A DNA stretch of 64,000 nt, taken from positions 2,103,648 through 2,167,647 of the forward strand of contig SMSO01000014.1 in NCBI GenBank assembly GCA_004764695.1, given 5' to 3'. The stretch is from Schizochytrium sp. TIO01 (Eukaryota; Protista; Bigyra: Labyrinthulomycetes). Under the pieces are notes generated by a model. It was not told the DNA's origin. It saw only the letters and a list, made by a program, of their open reading frames with translations, and made no database searches. The position numbers and the translations under genes were made by a program. Numbering within the stretch: the stretch's first letter is position 1; the number at the start of each line of letters is the position of its first letter. This document shows, piece by piece, positions 1 to 11,563 of the stretch.

Positions 1-202
1 GAATATACTCACGGTTTTCGGTGACACCTACGAAGTTTTAGATTAATCTTAGAGTTTCGTTCGTGAATAACTGCTCCTTCGTTTTGTGGAGCCCAAAGAC
101 TCTGAGCAAATCGCAACGACAACAACTTAGTTTATTAACTACAACCTGCGCACTCGTCGTGAAGATCTTGTCTTAGGAAACTTCAACAGAAGCTAGACAG
201 GA

Positions 203-1048
203 ATGCCTCTCCCTCAGGGTCAGCTGCTTGGCAGCGAAGAAGTTCAACAGAATGTTTCCACACGCTTCGAGCAAGCTTGTATGGAGCTTAAGGCAAAGGG
301 CGAGCGCCAGCGTGCCGAAAAAGCCCTTAAGGATGAGGAAGAACGCCGCGAGCAGGCTCGTGAGGAGGCTTCTCGCCCCTTGAAGGAGCGTCTTGCCTTT
401 ATGAAGGACTCAGATGACGTGATGACTGCTGCCATGTACAAGCAGCAGCAAAACCAGGATGAGGAAGACCGCGATGCTGTTCTTGATGACGATGCTGAGC
501 TTGACGCTCTTCGTCAAGCACGATTGGACAAGATGAAGAAATCAAAAGCACAGATGCAGGAGAACCTTTCTAAGGGTCACGGTCAGTATGAAGAGGTCTT
601 TGAGGAGGATTTCCTGAAGACTGTCCTCGCTAGCAAATTTTGTGTCGCGCACTTTTATCACAATGACTTTGAGCGTTGCAAGCTCATGGACAAGCACTTG
701 AAGCTCATGGCTGTCAACCATGTGGAGGCCCGCTTTTTCAAGATTGATGCTGAAAAGGCACTGTTCTTTGTGGAGAAACTCAACATCCGTACTTTGCCTA
801 CATTGATCTTTTTCCAGGATGGCAAGGCTATTGACCGCCTCATGGGTTTCCAAGACCTTCCCAATGGCGATGACTTCACAACTCGTGATCTTGAAGAGCG
901 TATCGGCATCACTGGTGCTATTAAGATGGAGCGTGCCTTTTATGAAGAGCGTTCTGATGTGGGTGCCGTCAAGAAGCCTGTCAAATCAACAATTACCAGG
1001 GGATTTACACAACGTACTGAGGATTTTGAGGACCCTTTCGATGACTAA
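203..1048 (+). CDS. TXNDC9: Phosducin-like thioredoxin-domain protein (TXNDC9/PhLP3/Plp1 family)
   Basis: 281-aa ATG ORF. Acidic coiled N-terminus (ELDALRQARLDKMK), then GHGQYEEV..EEDF, CVAHFYHNDFERCKLMDKHL, FFKIDAEKALFFVEKLNIRTLPT and DRLMGFQDL..DDFTT, typical of this family. Confidence 0.9.
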   Translation: MPLPQGQLLGSEEVQQNVSTRFEQACMELKAKGERQRAEKALKDEEERREQAREEASRPLKERLAFMKDSDDVMTAAMYKQQQNQDEEDRDAVLDDDAELDALRQARLDKMKKSKAQMQENLSKGHGQYEEVFEEDFLKTVLASKFCVAHFYHNDFERCKLMDKHLKLMAVNHVEARFFKIDAEKALFFVEKLNIRTLPTLIFFQDGKAIDRLMGFQDLPNGDDFTTRDLEERIGITGAIKMERAFYEERSDVGAVKKPVKSTITRGFTQRTEDFEDPFDD

Positions 1049-1286
1049 TCTGAGTAGCACTAGTATATACAATTCTCACCACACCAAGTCATATAAACAT
1101 CCGTAACCACACACATCTGCACGGTTCTTTCTCTCACTAAGGGAAGACAAGATAAAAAATAACCAGCCTTTTAATGCCTTTGTTGTTGATGAAAATGTAT
1201 TTACGTTTTTTTCTCCTTGTCTCTATTCTGAATTTAAAAGAGAAAAATGAAAAGCTATCAGCTTCCTTATTCCTTTACAAAAAAAA

Positions 1287-3866
1287 TTACACTCGCTTAC
1301 TTCGTTTGCTGTCATTTATGTTTCCACTTTGAGAAGAGACTTGCTTTCGTTTCTTCAAAAATTTAGAAAGCCAGGCTTTACGTTTCTCTGAATTCGAGGG
1401 ATCAGCATCTGCAGTAGACAGCGAGTTTTCATTGTTTGAGTTTGAGGCATCAGAAGGAATAGCAGATGAACCCTTTCTCTTTTTGGTGCTTTCGGAGCTA
1501 ATCGGAGGGGGCGATACTAGTATCTCGCTAGAATTTGAGGAACCGACTGGCCCAGTTCGTTCCTTTCCCTCAAGAGGTCTCTTCAAGTTCATAAAAGGGA
1601 AGGTTTCTGCTTGCCGTCCTAATTCTTTCGACTCGACAAAACTATGTTGTTGTTCTTGTGAGGTTCTGGTCACCGCCAGAGCCGTCGCTGTACTGTCCAC
1701 CGCTGTAATGTCTTCAACAGAGTGATATTCTGGTGAGTGCAAAGAGCCCTTTGTAATCACAGATTTAGCTTTCCTGGTTACAGATATGACATGCGAGTTA
1801 GAAGGAATTCCGCCAGGTATAGGATTTTGCTGAAGGTCAGATGTTGAGTTCGTCTCTTTCGAAATTAATAGCTCTTCTTTGCCCCTTCTTTTGTTATTCA
1901 TTGAACTGCTAGGTTCTCCGTTTTCCCTTTCAGAATGATTCATTCTAGCTTGAGCTGAGTTGGCAGCGTCTAAGCTTACTACACTCTTTGAAATCGTTTT
2001 CGGTGCATCTGCTACTAGAGAACGATATCGTTGACGAAACGCAGGCCGAGACGAAGATAGAACGCTGCGTACAGCTGTCTGGGGCTCAGGGCTCGAAACA
2101 ACAGACAAAGATGATGTTGGCGATTGGGACATGGGGGTCTTCATTCCGATTTCATCAATGTGCTTGCCGAACTCTGCTGGTCGATCTGGGATAATGCCTG
2201 TGTCTGCAAGATACGGACCTTGGATTGAGTAAGAAGAGCCATGAGTTGTCCCATGAACATGATCCGTTTTGTCTACGTTTCCCTCAGTACAGGTATCATT
2301 CACAAGTGGCAAATGCTTTTGTCTTAAGTCTTTACGCGGAGATTGCCTAGATGCACTCAAAGTTTCTCTCGCCTCATTGGAAATCCTGAGCCCAGAATCA
2401 CGAATAAATTGAGAGAAGTTTGAAGGCTCAAGATTCTCCATTACTAAAGGGTTGAATCTCATTGTTATCACCCCTGAGAGAATTTCAGAGTCCTTATCAA
2501 GGCAACCAGAAATTGTAAACCCTGCGCCAGTCAAAAGCCATGCCTCTTTGACATCAGGAGTGATTACTGAGCGCTCTAATGTAGACTGGCCAACCCACAC
2601 GTCTGTTGGATTTAATTCAATTTTGCAAAGCCACTGAGCCGTAGAATTATGAGTATCCTTTGTTCGTGGGTCAATTGCAAAGCTCAATGGGAGATGATTT
2701 CGGAGCTTTAAGCTAGCTGGAGGTTGTGCCCATCCAGAAATCCAGCTGTCGTCGTTGTCCCAAGTACACTGAAACTGCCAACTAAACTCGCTTGTATGTT
2801 TTGAGACACGCGGGCTATTACTTCGCATGGAAGACGACGTTTGTCTGTGACAAGCGCTCGACGATACCAATGCCGGGGCCTTACTTTGAGACTGAGACTG
2901 AGACTGAGACTGAGACTGAGACTGAGACTGAGATTGGCAAGTTTCCACAACATGAGCCTGTCCCCAATGAAATGCCATCCACCCATCATCTTTCTCTGAG
3001 CCTGATAATGATGTGGAGGAACTTAATGTGCTATGATGGTCAACGTCATCATCGTAATTGCCATCCTTATGATTATCTTTGTCGGCACTGAGTGCATTAA
3101 TCACCTCAAGAGAAGAACGAGAAGATGCGTTTTTGCCCTTCAAGCAAGAAGGAATCCAAATCGATTTGTTCTTTTGAGGTGAATAACTGGAATAGATCTT
3201 TTGAAGCAAGTCCGTCAACTCCCCAGGCACAATTAACCAATTTCGAAGTAATTCATCGGTTTCACTCTTACTCGGCAAAGCATCTGGTAAATTGAGTCCT
3301 TCTCTTGAATCTTCTAGTACAGATTGGCTGCTCAAATGAACCCGCCTAGCTTCAACAATACGTAAGTAAAATTTGGGCTTTACATGTGTCATTATGGTCC
3401 CCTGCTTGCGCACAGACAACTGTGAGTCTCTAACACATTCATCGAATGCAAGTAGAGCCTTTGACACGCTAAGATGTGCACTACCAAGGTCTTCAATCAT
3501 TATTCTGTCAGGATCTTCTTCTAGATCAAGAAGCACTCTGGCCTGGTGTTCTGAATCAGTCACAATAAAAGCTCCATCTTCCTTTCCAATAACTTTCACA
3601 ACACCACTTTTACTTAAAGCGTCTTTCTCGTGGTTAGCTCTTATGTTCTCTTCAGAACAGTCTTTGCTTGCACGTTTTAAGAAGCAAAGCAGCCCAGATT
3701 CTGGTTTTGCCGTATCTTTTGTTAGGGATTCATCCTCACAAACTTTCTTAGTCAATGAGACCAATGACGACCTTGCATAACGATCGAGACATTCTTGAGC
3801 CTGAAGGCTACGTACTTTTCGCGCAGTTCGAAGACCGTCTTCCACTTGATCAATCAACCATCCCAT
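1287..3866 (-). CDS. Uncharacterised ~859-aa protein; possible N-terminal OB fold, SQ repeat, long Ser-rich disordered C-terminus with basic NLS-like end
   Basis: 2.6-kb uninterrupted ORF. First ATG is at 3866 (the track start at 3884 is TTG). Ends KKRKQ...KRSKRV. Confidence 0.8.
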   Translation of the reverse strand: MGWLIDQVEDGLRTARKVRSLQAQECLDRYARSSLVSLTKKVCEDESLTKDTAKPESGLLCFLKRASKDCSEENIRANHEKDALSKSGVVKVIGKEDGAFIVTDSEHQARVLLDLEEDPDRIMIEDLGSAHLSVSKALLAFDECVRDSQLSVRKQGTIMTHVKPKFYLRIVEARRVHLSSQSVLEDSREGLNLPDALPSKSETDELLRNWLIVPGELTDLLQKIYSSYSPQKNKSIWIPSCLKGKNASSRSSLEVINALSADKDNHKDGNYDDDVDHHSTLSSSTSLSGSEKDDGWMAFHWGQAHVVETCQSQSQSQSQSQSQSQSQSKAPALVSSSACHRQTSSSMRSNSPRVSKHTSEFSWQFQCTWDNDDSWISGWAQPPASLKLRNHLPLSFAIDPRTKDTHNSTAQWLCKIELNPTDVWVGQSTLERSVITPDVKEAWLLTGAGFTISGCLDKDSEILSGVITMRFNPLVMENLEPSNFSQFIRDSGLRISNEARETLSASRQSPRKDLRQKHLPLVNDTCTEGNVDKTDHVHGTTHGSSYSIQGPYLADTGIIPDRPAEFGKHIDEIGMKTPMSQSPTSSLSVVSSPEPQTAVRSVLSSSRPAFRQRYRSLVADAPKTISKSVVSLDAANSAQARMNHSERENGEPSSSMNNKRRGKEELLISKETNSTSDLQQNPIPGGIPSNSHVISVTRKAKSVITKGSLHSPEYHSVEDITAVDSTATALAVTRTSQEQQHSFVESKELGRQAETFPFMNLKRPLEGKERTGPVGSSNSSEILVSPPPISSESTKKRKGSSAIPSDASNSNNENSLSTADADPSNSEKRKAWLSKFLKKRKQVSSQSGNINDSKRSKRV
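2887..2934. repeat. (TGAGAC)n hexanucleotide microsatellite encoding a poly-(SQ) tract on the minus strand
   Basis: Seven perfect TGAGAC units plus TGAGAT. Confidence 0.95.
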
Positions 3867-4113
3867 GGGCTTACCTCCCGGCAAAAAACTTTGCTGCCCG
3901 AGAAAGATCTAAGGCTCGTTCCACTGCTTACAGCCACTGGCTGACGAGCTTGCGAGGAACAAAGAAAGGAATCTGATGAGTAGTTGGTGGATGAGATCCT
4001 TCAATTTCGTAAAGCAAAGTGCGAGAGCTTAAAGTCCCGTTCTTTAAAGCAGCAATCGGCGGTGGTTGATATGGAATAAGATAAAGGAGGTAGGATGGAA
4101 AATAAATAACTAA

Positions 4114-4137
4114 ATATATATATATATATATATATAT
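4114..4137. repeat. (TA)n microsatellite in a divergent intergenic region
   Basis: Run of about 12 TA units between genes starting at 3866 (-) and 4493 (+). Confidence 0.9.
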
Positions 4138-4492
4138 TATATTTATTTTTTTAATGGAATCAAAAAGTTCCGTTGATCCTCGCTTAAATATATGCTTGCG
4201 CTCTTGTTTTGTATGCTAGATTAATCAAAGTATGAGAAAAACTGATAAGGACTTTCTATTAACACAAGCCTCACAGACTAAATGCACGCAGGTATAGGAA
4301 GAAATAAAGAGAACGTTGGTCAGAAAGTTTGGAGACCCGAACTACAGACTTACAGGAGAAAGACGAACCTGTAGCCTCACGCCTGAGAGGCTCAACATTT
4401 GAGGATAAGCAGAATCACAAGGTTAAGCGACTGAGAACTGTGTTGATTGGCCGAGTATTTAAATAAGAAGTCAGCTGTGAATAACAGATGCA

Positions 4493-6058
4493 ATGAAGAC
4501 AGAAAACTGTGCAGCTCACAATGGCCTGCTTGCGCTCACGATATTCCTACTGTTAATGGTTGAGCAAGCAACAGCTCTGCAAGCCAGTGGAACTATCAAA
4601 GGATCATCCTCATGGGAGTTTTTGGAAAAGTATATATTTGCCACAGGCCATGGAACCCTTAACTTTGAAGCACTCTTTCCGTATTCGCAGAGTCCGGTAC
4701 TCGCCTTCTATTACCTTGATGGGCGTCAAGGTGTCAACGAATTTGATTTGTGGAAAAATACAGTGAACGGCCAGCTCACATGTACGGAAAAGCTAGATGC
4801 AGCTGATCTTGCCACTAAGCTCAGCGCATATGAATCTGGAATTGTGTCCTACGCAGTTGAGACTATTGATTCGCGTGCGTACGTACGCTTAAAAGCAAAC
4901 TATACATTCTCAACACAGCGTCTCAGATACTTCATGGCTGCTGTTGGAAGTTGCGTTTATGGAGACGAAGTATGTGGTTCTTATGGTTGTGCAGATAGTA
5001 TTGAGATGGAGTGGTCACTTCATTTTCTGAATGGTGACGGATTTTTCCAGGAGCTATCGGCTCCGGACTATTCAATGTTTGTAGTATCTCTCTCGTTATT
5101 CTGCGTGTACTCGTTTTTTATAATCATGTTTTGGATTCCTGTCATCCAGAAACTCATTGCCAATGTAAAGCTACATGCAACGGTGATGTTCTTGTTTATA
5201 GCCACCGCAATGCAGATGGCATCGCTGTTCTTGCACTGGGTTTATTATTTGAGCACGGCGATGAATGGAACACCACGGTGGCGGATATTACTACTCTCAG
5301 ATTTTGCTCATGTTGCCTCTGAAAGTTTGATGTTACTATTGTGTAATGTCCTGGCAAAGGGCTGGACAATTACAGTGAGAAAGATCTCAGCGAAAGGACG
5401 AGTTAAAATTATGATATTTTATATCGTGTACCTTTCAGCTTCCTCACTCTCGGTACTTTATTATGATGTATATGTCCCCAAGGATGATGTCTCATATGTC
5501 TATGACTCAAAAGCAGGACTCACATTGCTTCTTATGCGGCTTCTCGCTTTTATTTGGATTCAGAGAGCAGTGGAAATAACGATTCGTAAGTACAAAGAGA
5601 AGGTGAGGTTTTTCTCAAAGTTCAGACGCCTTTCTGGAATCTGGCTTCTTAATACCCCATTTATGGTGGGTTGTCTCTTGGCTGTGGCTCCTTATTTGAG
5701 ATCCTCTATTGTCCACATTATTGATGCAATTGTATTAATGGTGTTTCAATTCGGCCTAGCAGCGTTATATAACCCTGATGGTTACTTTGCCTCGTCTTTT
5801 CCTTTCCACACGACCACAACAATGATGATGATGCCTGCATCAAAGAGGCCGGCCCAAACTCAAGCTTCTCTTCTCAATCAGCACGTACAGCGCGCACTGA
5901 ACTATTCATCGATGCTTATTAATGACATGCTTGTGTTTCTTTCGGAGGTTGATCCAGGTGAAGAGGCTTTAGTTCGCAATGATGAGGATTTGTATCTTCC
6001 GGAAGAAGACAAATCGACGCAGAATAAGCTTTTTGATAAAAAACCATTTCTGCACTAA
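4493..6058 (+). CDS. TMEM145: TMEM145/GPR180-like seven-transmembrane protein
   Basis: Signal peptide, lumenal domain (WEFLEKYIF..G.LNF; RLRYFMAAVGSC), then about 7 hydrophobic helices with LAKGWTITVRKIS, YVYDSKAG and FPFH, matching TMEM145/GPR180 motifs. Confidence 0.8.
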   Translation: MKTENCAAHNGLLALTIFLLLMVEQATALQASGTIKGSSSWEFLEKYIFATGHGTLNFEALFPYSQSPVLAFYYLDGRQGVNEFDLWKNTVNGQLTCTEKLDAADLATKLSAYESGIVSYAVETIDSRAYVRLKANYTFSTQRLRYFMAAVGSCVYGDEVCGSYGCADSIEMEWSLHFLNGDGFFQELSAPDYSMFVVSLSLFCVYSFFIIMFWIPVIQKLIANVKLHATVMFLFIATAMQMASLFLHWVYYLSTAMNGTPRWRILLLSDFAHVASESLMLLLCNVLAKGWTITVRKISAKGRVKIMIFYIVYLSASSLSVLYYDVYVPKDDVSYVYDSKAGLTLLLMRLLAFIWIQRAVEITIRKYKEKVRFFSKFRRLSGIWLLNTPFMVGCLLAVAPYLRSSIVHIIDAIVLMVFQFGLAALYNPDGYFASSFPFHTTTTMMMMPASKRPAQTQASLLNQHVQRALNYSSMLINDMLVFLSEVDPGEEALVRNDEDLYLPEEDKSTQNKLFDKKPFLH

Positions 6059-6286
6059 CTTTTCTTTTGATAATACGGGTCTTAAAAGTGACGAATTACT
6101 ATTATAAGTGCGGCGCTGATTCAGACTGTGCAAAAGCTATTGTAAACAACACCATAACCCCTGGAGATACATAATCAAGTTATTTTGCATTTTCTGAGTG
6201 ATTTGAGGGTGAGCTGTTTTATTTACATTGTAAGTTGGATTTTGTTTTCCTCTTTTTGTTTAATTTTTAATCTGAAAGCAAGAAGA

Positions 6287-7051
6287 TCAGTTTCGTCTTT
6301 GTTGACGAAAGTTCTTGGAAAGAACATCAGGCGCCAGAGCATCCTCTGGCAGGTCCATGTTCAGAAGATGACCCAATGCAATCTCGAAGGTTGTGAGGTA
6401 ATATGCAGCTTCACCTGAGTTCAATTCATCATTAAGTAAATCACGGAGCAGCATTGTGGTGGCATATGCATGCTGCAAACGAGCTTGCACGATAACAAAT
6501 GTTACAACTGGAAGGAATTCATCTGCATTCATATCCATCACTTGGTGGCGTCCAGATTCTGCGTAAATTTCGTCTTTAAGACGAAGAAGAACCTTCAATT
6601 TAAGTGAGGGCATGTCTACATCGTCAAAGCTTTTTAGAGTTGCAATAGCGCCTTGCCAGGTTGCCTGTCCTAGCCCCTTTCGCTCCGGAAGGCCTAGCAG
6701 CGCTCGCAAACGCTCTTCAGGAAGGCTTCGGAGTAGAAGCCCGCGCTCTTGTAATGCACATTCTTGGGCAGAATGCTCGCGCAACGCGCCAAGCAGTAAG
6801 CGTGAAAGTACTGGAGACAATACGATTCGCTCGACACAAAGGCGGACATGATTAACAATTTTGTCCCAATGCTCTGCAGAACGGGAACCGCTTTCCTCAA
6901 AAAGACGTTCTTTGCGAGCGCCTGATATCTTCTTGACGAGAGAATTGATCAATTTTCCGGTGGCTGGTGCTGGGACTCCAGGCATTTGGCTAGGTCGAAA
7001 ATGCTGAGGACTTGTAGCACCTGCCTGCGAAGCTGTGTTTGACTGTTGTTG

Positions 7052-7082
<31 letters not shown>

Positions 7083-10000
7083 TGGGCCGTGCTTGTATTC
7101 CCGCTAGTCGAAGAGCTAGCAGTATCTTTGCTGTCCACTCCGTTTGTAGGCGACACTTCGCCGATTGAAATCGCTCCTCCACGACCAAGGGAATTGACAA
7201 TGTCACCTGATGATCGTATGATTTGCGCACCGGCATTCTCCGCCAACACACGCAGTCGGGCTGCTGTTGTGCCTTGTTGCCCATTGCCTTGTGAACTCGA
7301 ATTACCACTTGCATCAGGAGTCGACACGCTCTGATTCATTGAAGAATATGTGTTGGGCCCTGGCGTGCGATCTGATACAGAGGTATTGATATCCTTGCGC
7401 CGAAGCCGAGCTCGGAAAGCACGAATAACTTTACCTTCTTCTTCATTCTCTGATTCAAAAAGTGACTCAATCCAGCCTTCTATAGCATAAAGACTCTCAA
7501 GAAGCATTTGGTCCAGAGACCATGGAGGCTCGCAACGCAAAGAAACTTCTTCGAGCTGAGCTTCTTCCTGCGCGGGTGGACGATTCACCAGCGATTTAAG
7601 CATTATCTGCAAGGGAACGTCAGGTTCGTGAACGTACACTCGTTGATACCAGTCACCGTTACGCCGAACAGTAGTTACCCATTTAGCCAGAACTTCGTAT
7701 TGAGCTTCTACAATTGGGATATCGATAGCATCAATGTTGGCCACTTGTTGATCTTCCTCCATAATGAACGGTTCGTTAAATCCAAGACCCTGCGCCTTAG
7801 AGTCACTGTACATGAATGATTCTGGATCTGAGTTATGGTGATGCCTACCTTGCAACGAACTCGGGGAGACCATCCCGCCATCATGTTTTGAACCTTCTAC
7901 CGAGTCAGACGAAGAAAACAATCCTAAGGGGTCAAACTCGTTCGTGCTCGCGCCTGTACTTAGATTACTCATTGTACGGCGAGGAAGCGCTACGGGTTCA
8001 GGAAGTGATGCTGCGAGTAATAGATCATCCATGTTGTCGACACTATCTTGATGACCAGCACCTTGTCGTGGCTTCATGCTATTCTCCAGCTGATCAAGTC
8101 GCTCTTTATTTTCAACATTCTGTTGTTGTTTATCTCTGCTGGTTTCTGGTTTTCTTTTGGCAGGAGATTCGCTAGTTTCTGTCACTTTAAGCGATTGAAG
8201 AGAGAAAAGAAGACCGTGAATATATGGGATTCGTGCTCCTCCAAGGAATGGCGTAGGGTCTAAACCGAGCGGCACTGCTCGGGCTTCATCATCTCCCCGA
8301 AGCCAGTCTTCAGTCTCTCTTCCTTCTTCTTGTTCACTGCTTTTCCCTTCGTCTCTGCTTTCCAGCTGCGAAGGGTTCTTCAGGCCTTTAGATAAAGAAC
8401 CCTCAGAACTGGATGACTTACCGACAAGAGAATTTTCCAACTTCCTTGGCGACGATGCAGCAGACCCTGACTTAGCAGACTGCTTAAAATCGCGTCCGCT
8501 AAGACGGCGCGATGTAATGCTCCCAGGTCTTGGCGAACTAAGAGTTCCCGCATTTGGTTTTGTTAGAAACTCACCTAAACCTGTAAGTTGTTTGAGGTCA
8601 TCAAAACTTTGCCACTTGTCCGCTGCAACATTGCGCCATGTCAACTCAAGTCTACGAATTGGTCTCGAACCAAGTGCCTCTAAGCATGCCATAACAAGCG
8701 CACCGTTTCGTAGCGATGGGCCAGCAGCAACTGTGCCTATATCAATGATGCATTCGACTACTTGAGCGCGAGCACTTGGCGTATCACCACGAAGGATTTG
8801 AGTCTTAAAAAAGTAAACGAGTTTATCATACTCCGCAAGGAATCGCTTCTCTGCTGTGCACGAATTACGCTGCTCTGATATCGGTCCGTTAGCAAGTACA
8901 ATATAGCGGCATGGATCTGTGACCATATAAAGACGCTCAAGACGCAAAGAAATCTGCACCGCTACAGCTCCTGGCTGGTCGTGCCACTCAATCAGGTTGA
9001 AGTCCCTCTCATCCCGTCGTCCAAGTCCTGAAGAGCTGTCGTCATCATCCTCTGGAAGACTACCAGTTCCAGCATGAAGAAGAGGCGAGAGAATGAGATT
9101 GCTATGGGATGGCAAGTAAGATAAACTTGTACGTTTTCGCGGCTTCGAAGATGAACTATCAAAGCTTCGAGATGAGAGAATCTGGTTCGATCGAGTATCT
9201 GGACTACTTGAAATTTGCAACGCAGCAGATTGAGAAATGTCAATTGGTCCAGAATTGGATGCTCCACTCATTTTGTTGCGCCGTAAGATGTCTCGTGGCG
9301 ACATACCGGGCCGCCCGGCAAGCTCTTTATCGGCGCCTGACTTGCGTCGAGGGCGAGCGAATGAAGTTGTATCAGGGTCAACAGAGCTTTGTCTTCTCAT
9401 AAGTGAGCTACTTAGTAATGTCTGGCCACTTTCATGATGGAATGACCGATATGGAAGCAGAGGCAATAGGCGAAGGCGACGAGTTGTAACATTAACCAGA
9501 CTGTTAATGCAACGGTCTAGGTATTCAGCGTACTCGGGAACATCGAGACTTTGCAAGATGTTGATGAAGTTGTCTTTGTGGAATGAAGAAACGAGGTCGT
9601 GATCTCGGCTACTTTCAGCTCCATTACCAATCAGCAATTCAAGGGCCCGTGGTTCGTTTTCCAGTTTTCGTTGAAAGTTGGGGTGAGTCATGATAAGGAG
9701 AACAAAGGAAACAACCCGTGACGCCTCGGGTGAAAGTGGGAGCACCATGGAGGAACTCAGGTCGTTCAAACCCCTTAACTCTTCACGTGTCACGAGCTTT
9801 TTGAAGCGCGCCATTAAGGTTTCGAGCAAGCTTGTCAAACTAACATCTTTATTCCATGTGCACTGAATGAAATCCAGGTTCAAAAGAATTGCTCTCCCCG
9901 TGAAGTCATCATCCGTTTCATGACCTGCAAGAAGAGTCCCTTCTTCAATATTCACTTCATTGCCTCGTATAATGTACTCCACCAGACGCTCTTCCACAGA

Positions 10001-11563
10001 TGCATAGGAGTGCTGTACACTAGATTTAGGAGACTCGTATCGATTTTCGTCTTCCTCACTGAACCCTAGGAGATCTACCTCTCCAGATTCGGCATGTCCA
10101 GACTCTGAGACTTTGTGATCCTCACTTTCGCTATCCGTACAGATGATATTCATGGTGCGTAAAATGCGTTGGAAGATTGGTCGATCCACGCGGGACCCAA
10201 GGGCCGCATTGCCAGTTTGATAAGCTTGTGAGATCACCATTCTAATTTGAATGTCATCACGTGCTGAGACACACAAATTATGAAGCAACATCGAGGTCCA
10301 ACATGAGAGCCGTGTCGCGGCGGCCATCTTTTCTTGGGCTTCTTGTTCCGGGGATTTGGAGGGAGGCGCGGCAAAACCTGTGCGGCTACTACCACTTTGC
10401 TGCTGTTGCTGTTGCTGCCCATTCCTGCGAATCAAATTGTTAAATAAAGATGACCCAGCGGAAACCGCATTACGTGCAGTGGAATTAATAGAGTCCATGG
10501 CTGTGTCCCCCTCACCTAACAAACCTGGGCCAAGGCCCACAAAGCTACGTCGACGATTCTGTCTAGGTGGAGGGGGGGATCCAGCAGGTACTGGAGATCC
10601 AGGAAGAGACATGGATTGTTCTTTACTGTCGCTAATATATTCGCCTGCATTTGCCCTCTCCTCCGCGTCCAGAAGCTCGGCAAGTCTGCGATCTGCAAGC
10701 TCTTGCTCTGATAAAGACATTGCCTGCATATCATCAATAGTTGACTCGAATGAAGTAGACTGAATCGCACTATGAGTGTAGTTTAAAGATGCAGTAGTAG
10801 AGTTATGTAGCACTTGAACAATGTAGCCCAACGATCCCTCGTACTTCAGAATAGCTTTGGCCCCTGATGGTCCTGTACTGACCATGCAGAGTAGGGAATT
10901 AATCGCGTTATGTAAGTAGAAGTCCTCCTTATGCACCATCGCCCCACACTTTAAAAGCAACTCAATGTGCGGTTCGAGATCTTGACGTACTTGGACATTG
11001 AAGATTGCCATGCTGGCCAGGGTACGAAAAAGCAAGAGCAGAGTCAACTTCTCTGTTAGATTGTCTTTAATAAGCATATCCACAAGGGTGATGTGAACAT
11101 CAGCCTCTGTGAGCATCCTTGTTCCTTGCTCAGATGCGCTTGCATGCAAGAGCACACGAAGGCTGGAATTAAGGAGGGTGAATGTACGATTTTTGAGTTT
11201 CCAATGCGCAACCATTGCGTCAGTCACCACGTGGACCCCATGGGCACGTAAAAGTACACAAACAGCCGCAACATCATCCTCCAAGGTGACGTATGGACCC
11301 AAGTGCACGAGAATGTCTAGGCAGGTCCCAACAAGCTGAACTCGAGCAACTTGGTCTTTTTCTGATCCCCGCACATAGAACTGCTGAATAATTGCAATAA
11401 TAGACGAAACCACGCCTTTCTCAACCGCCAAACGCCGGTTCTTGCTCAGAACCTCTCGCACGAGATCTGCAACCAGTGTTTTGCAAAGCTTTGGATTGTC
11501 ATTGCGAGCAGCTTCCTCCAAGTTATTCAGCAAATGGTCCACGACGTCCTCAAAGTTCACCAT
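6287..11563 (-). CDS. Large multidomain GEF-like protein: ARM-like helical N-terminus, REM/RasGEF(CDC25)-like region, C-terminal VPS9 domain
   Basis: 1758-aa ATG ORF. VPS9 signature MNADEFLPVVTFVIVQA...SGEAAYYLTTFEIAL. CDC25-like segments QILRGDTPSARAQVVECIIDIG, PIRRLELTW, IPYIHGLL and VSLRCEPP. Confidence 0.85.
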
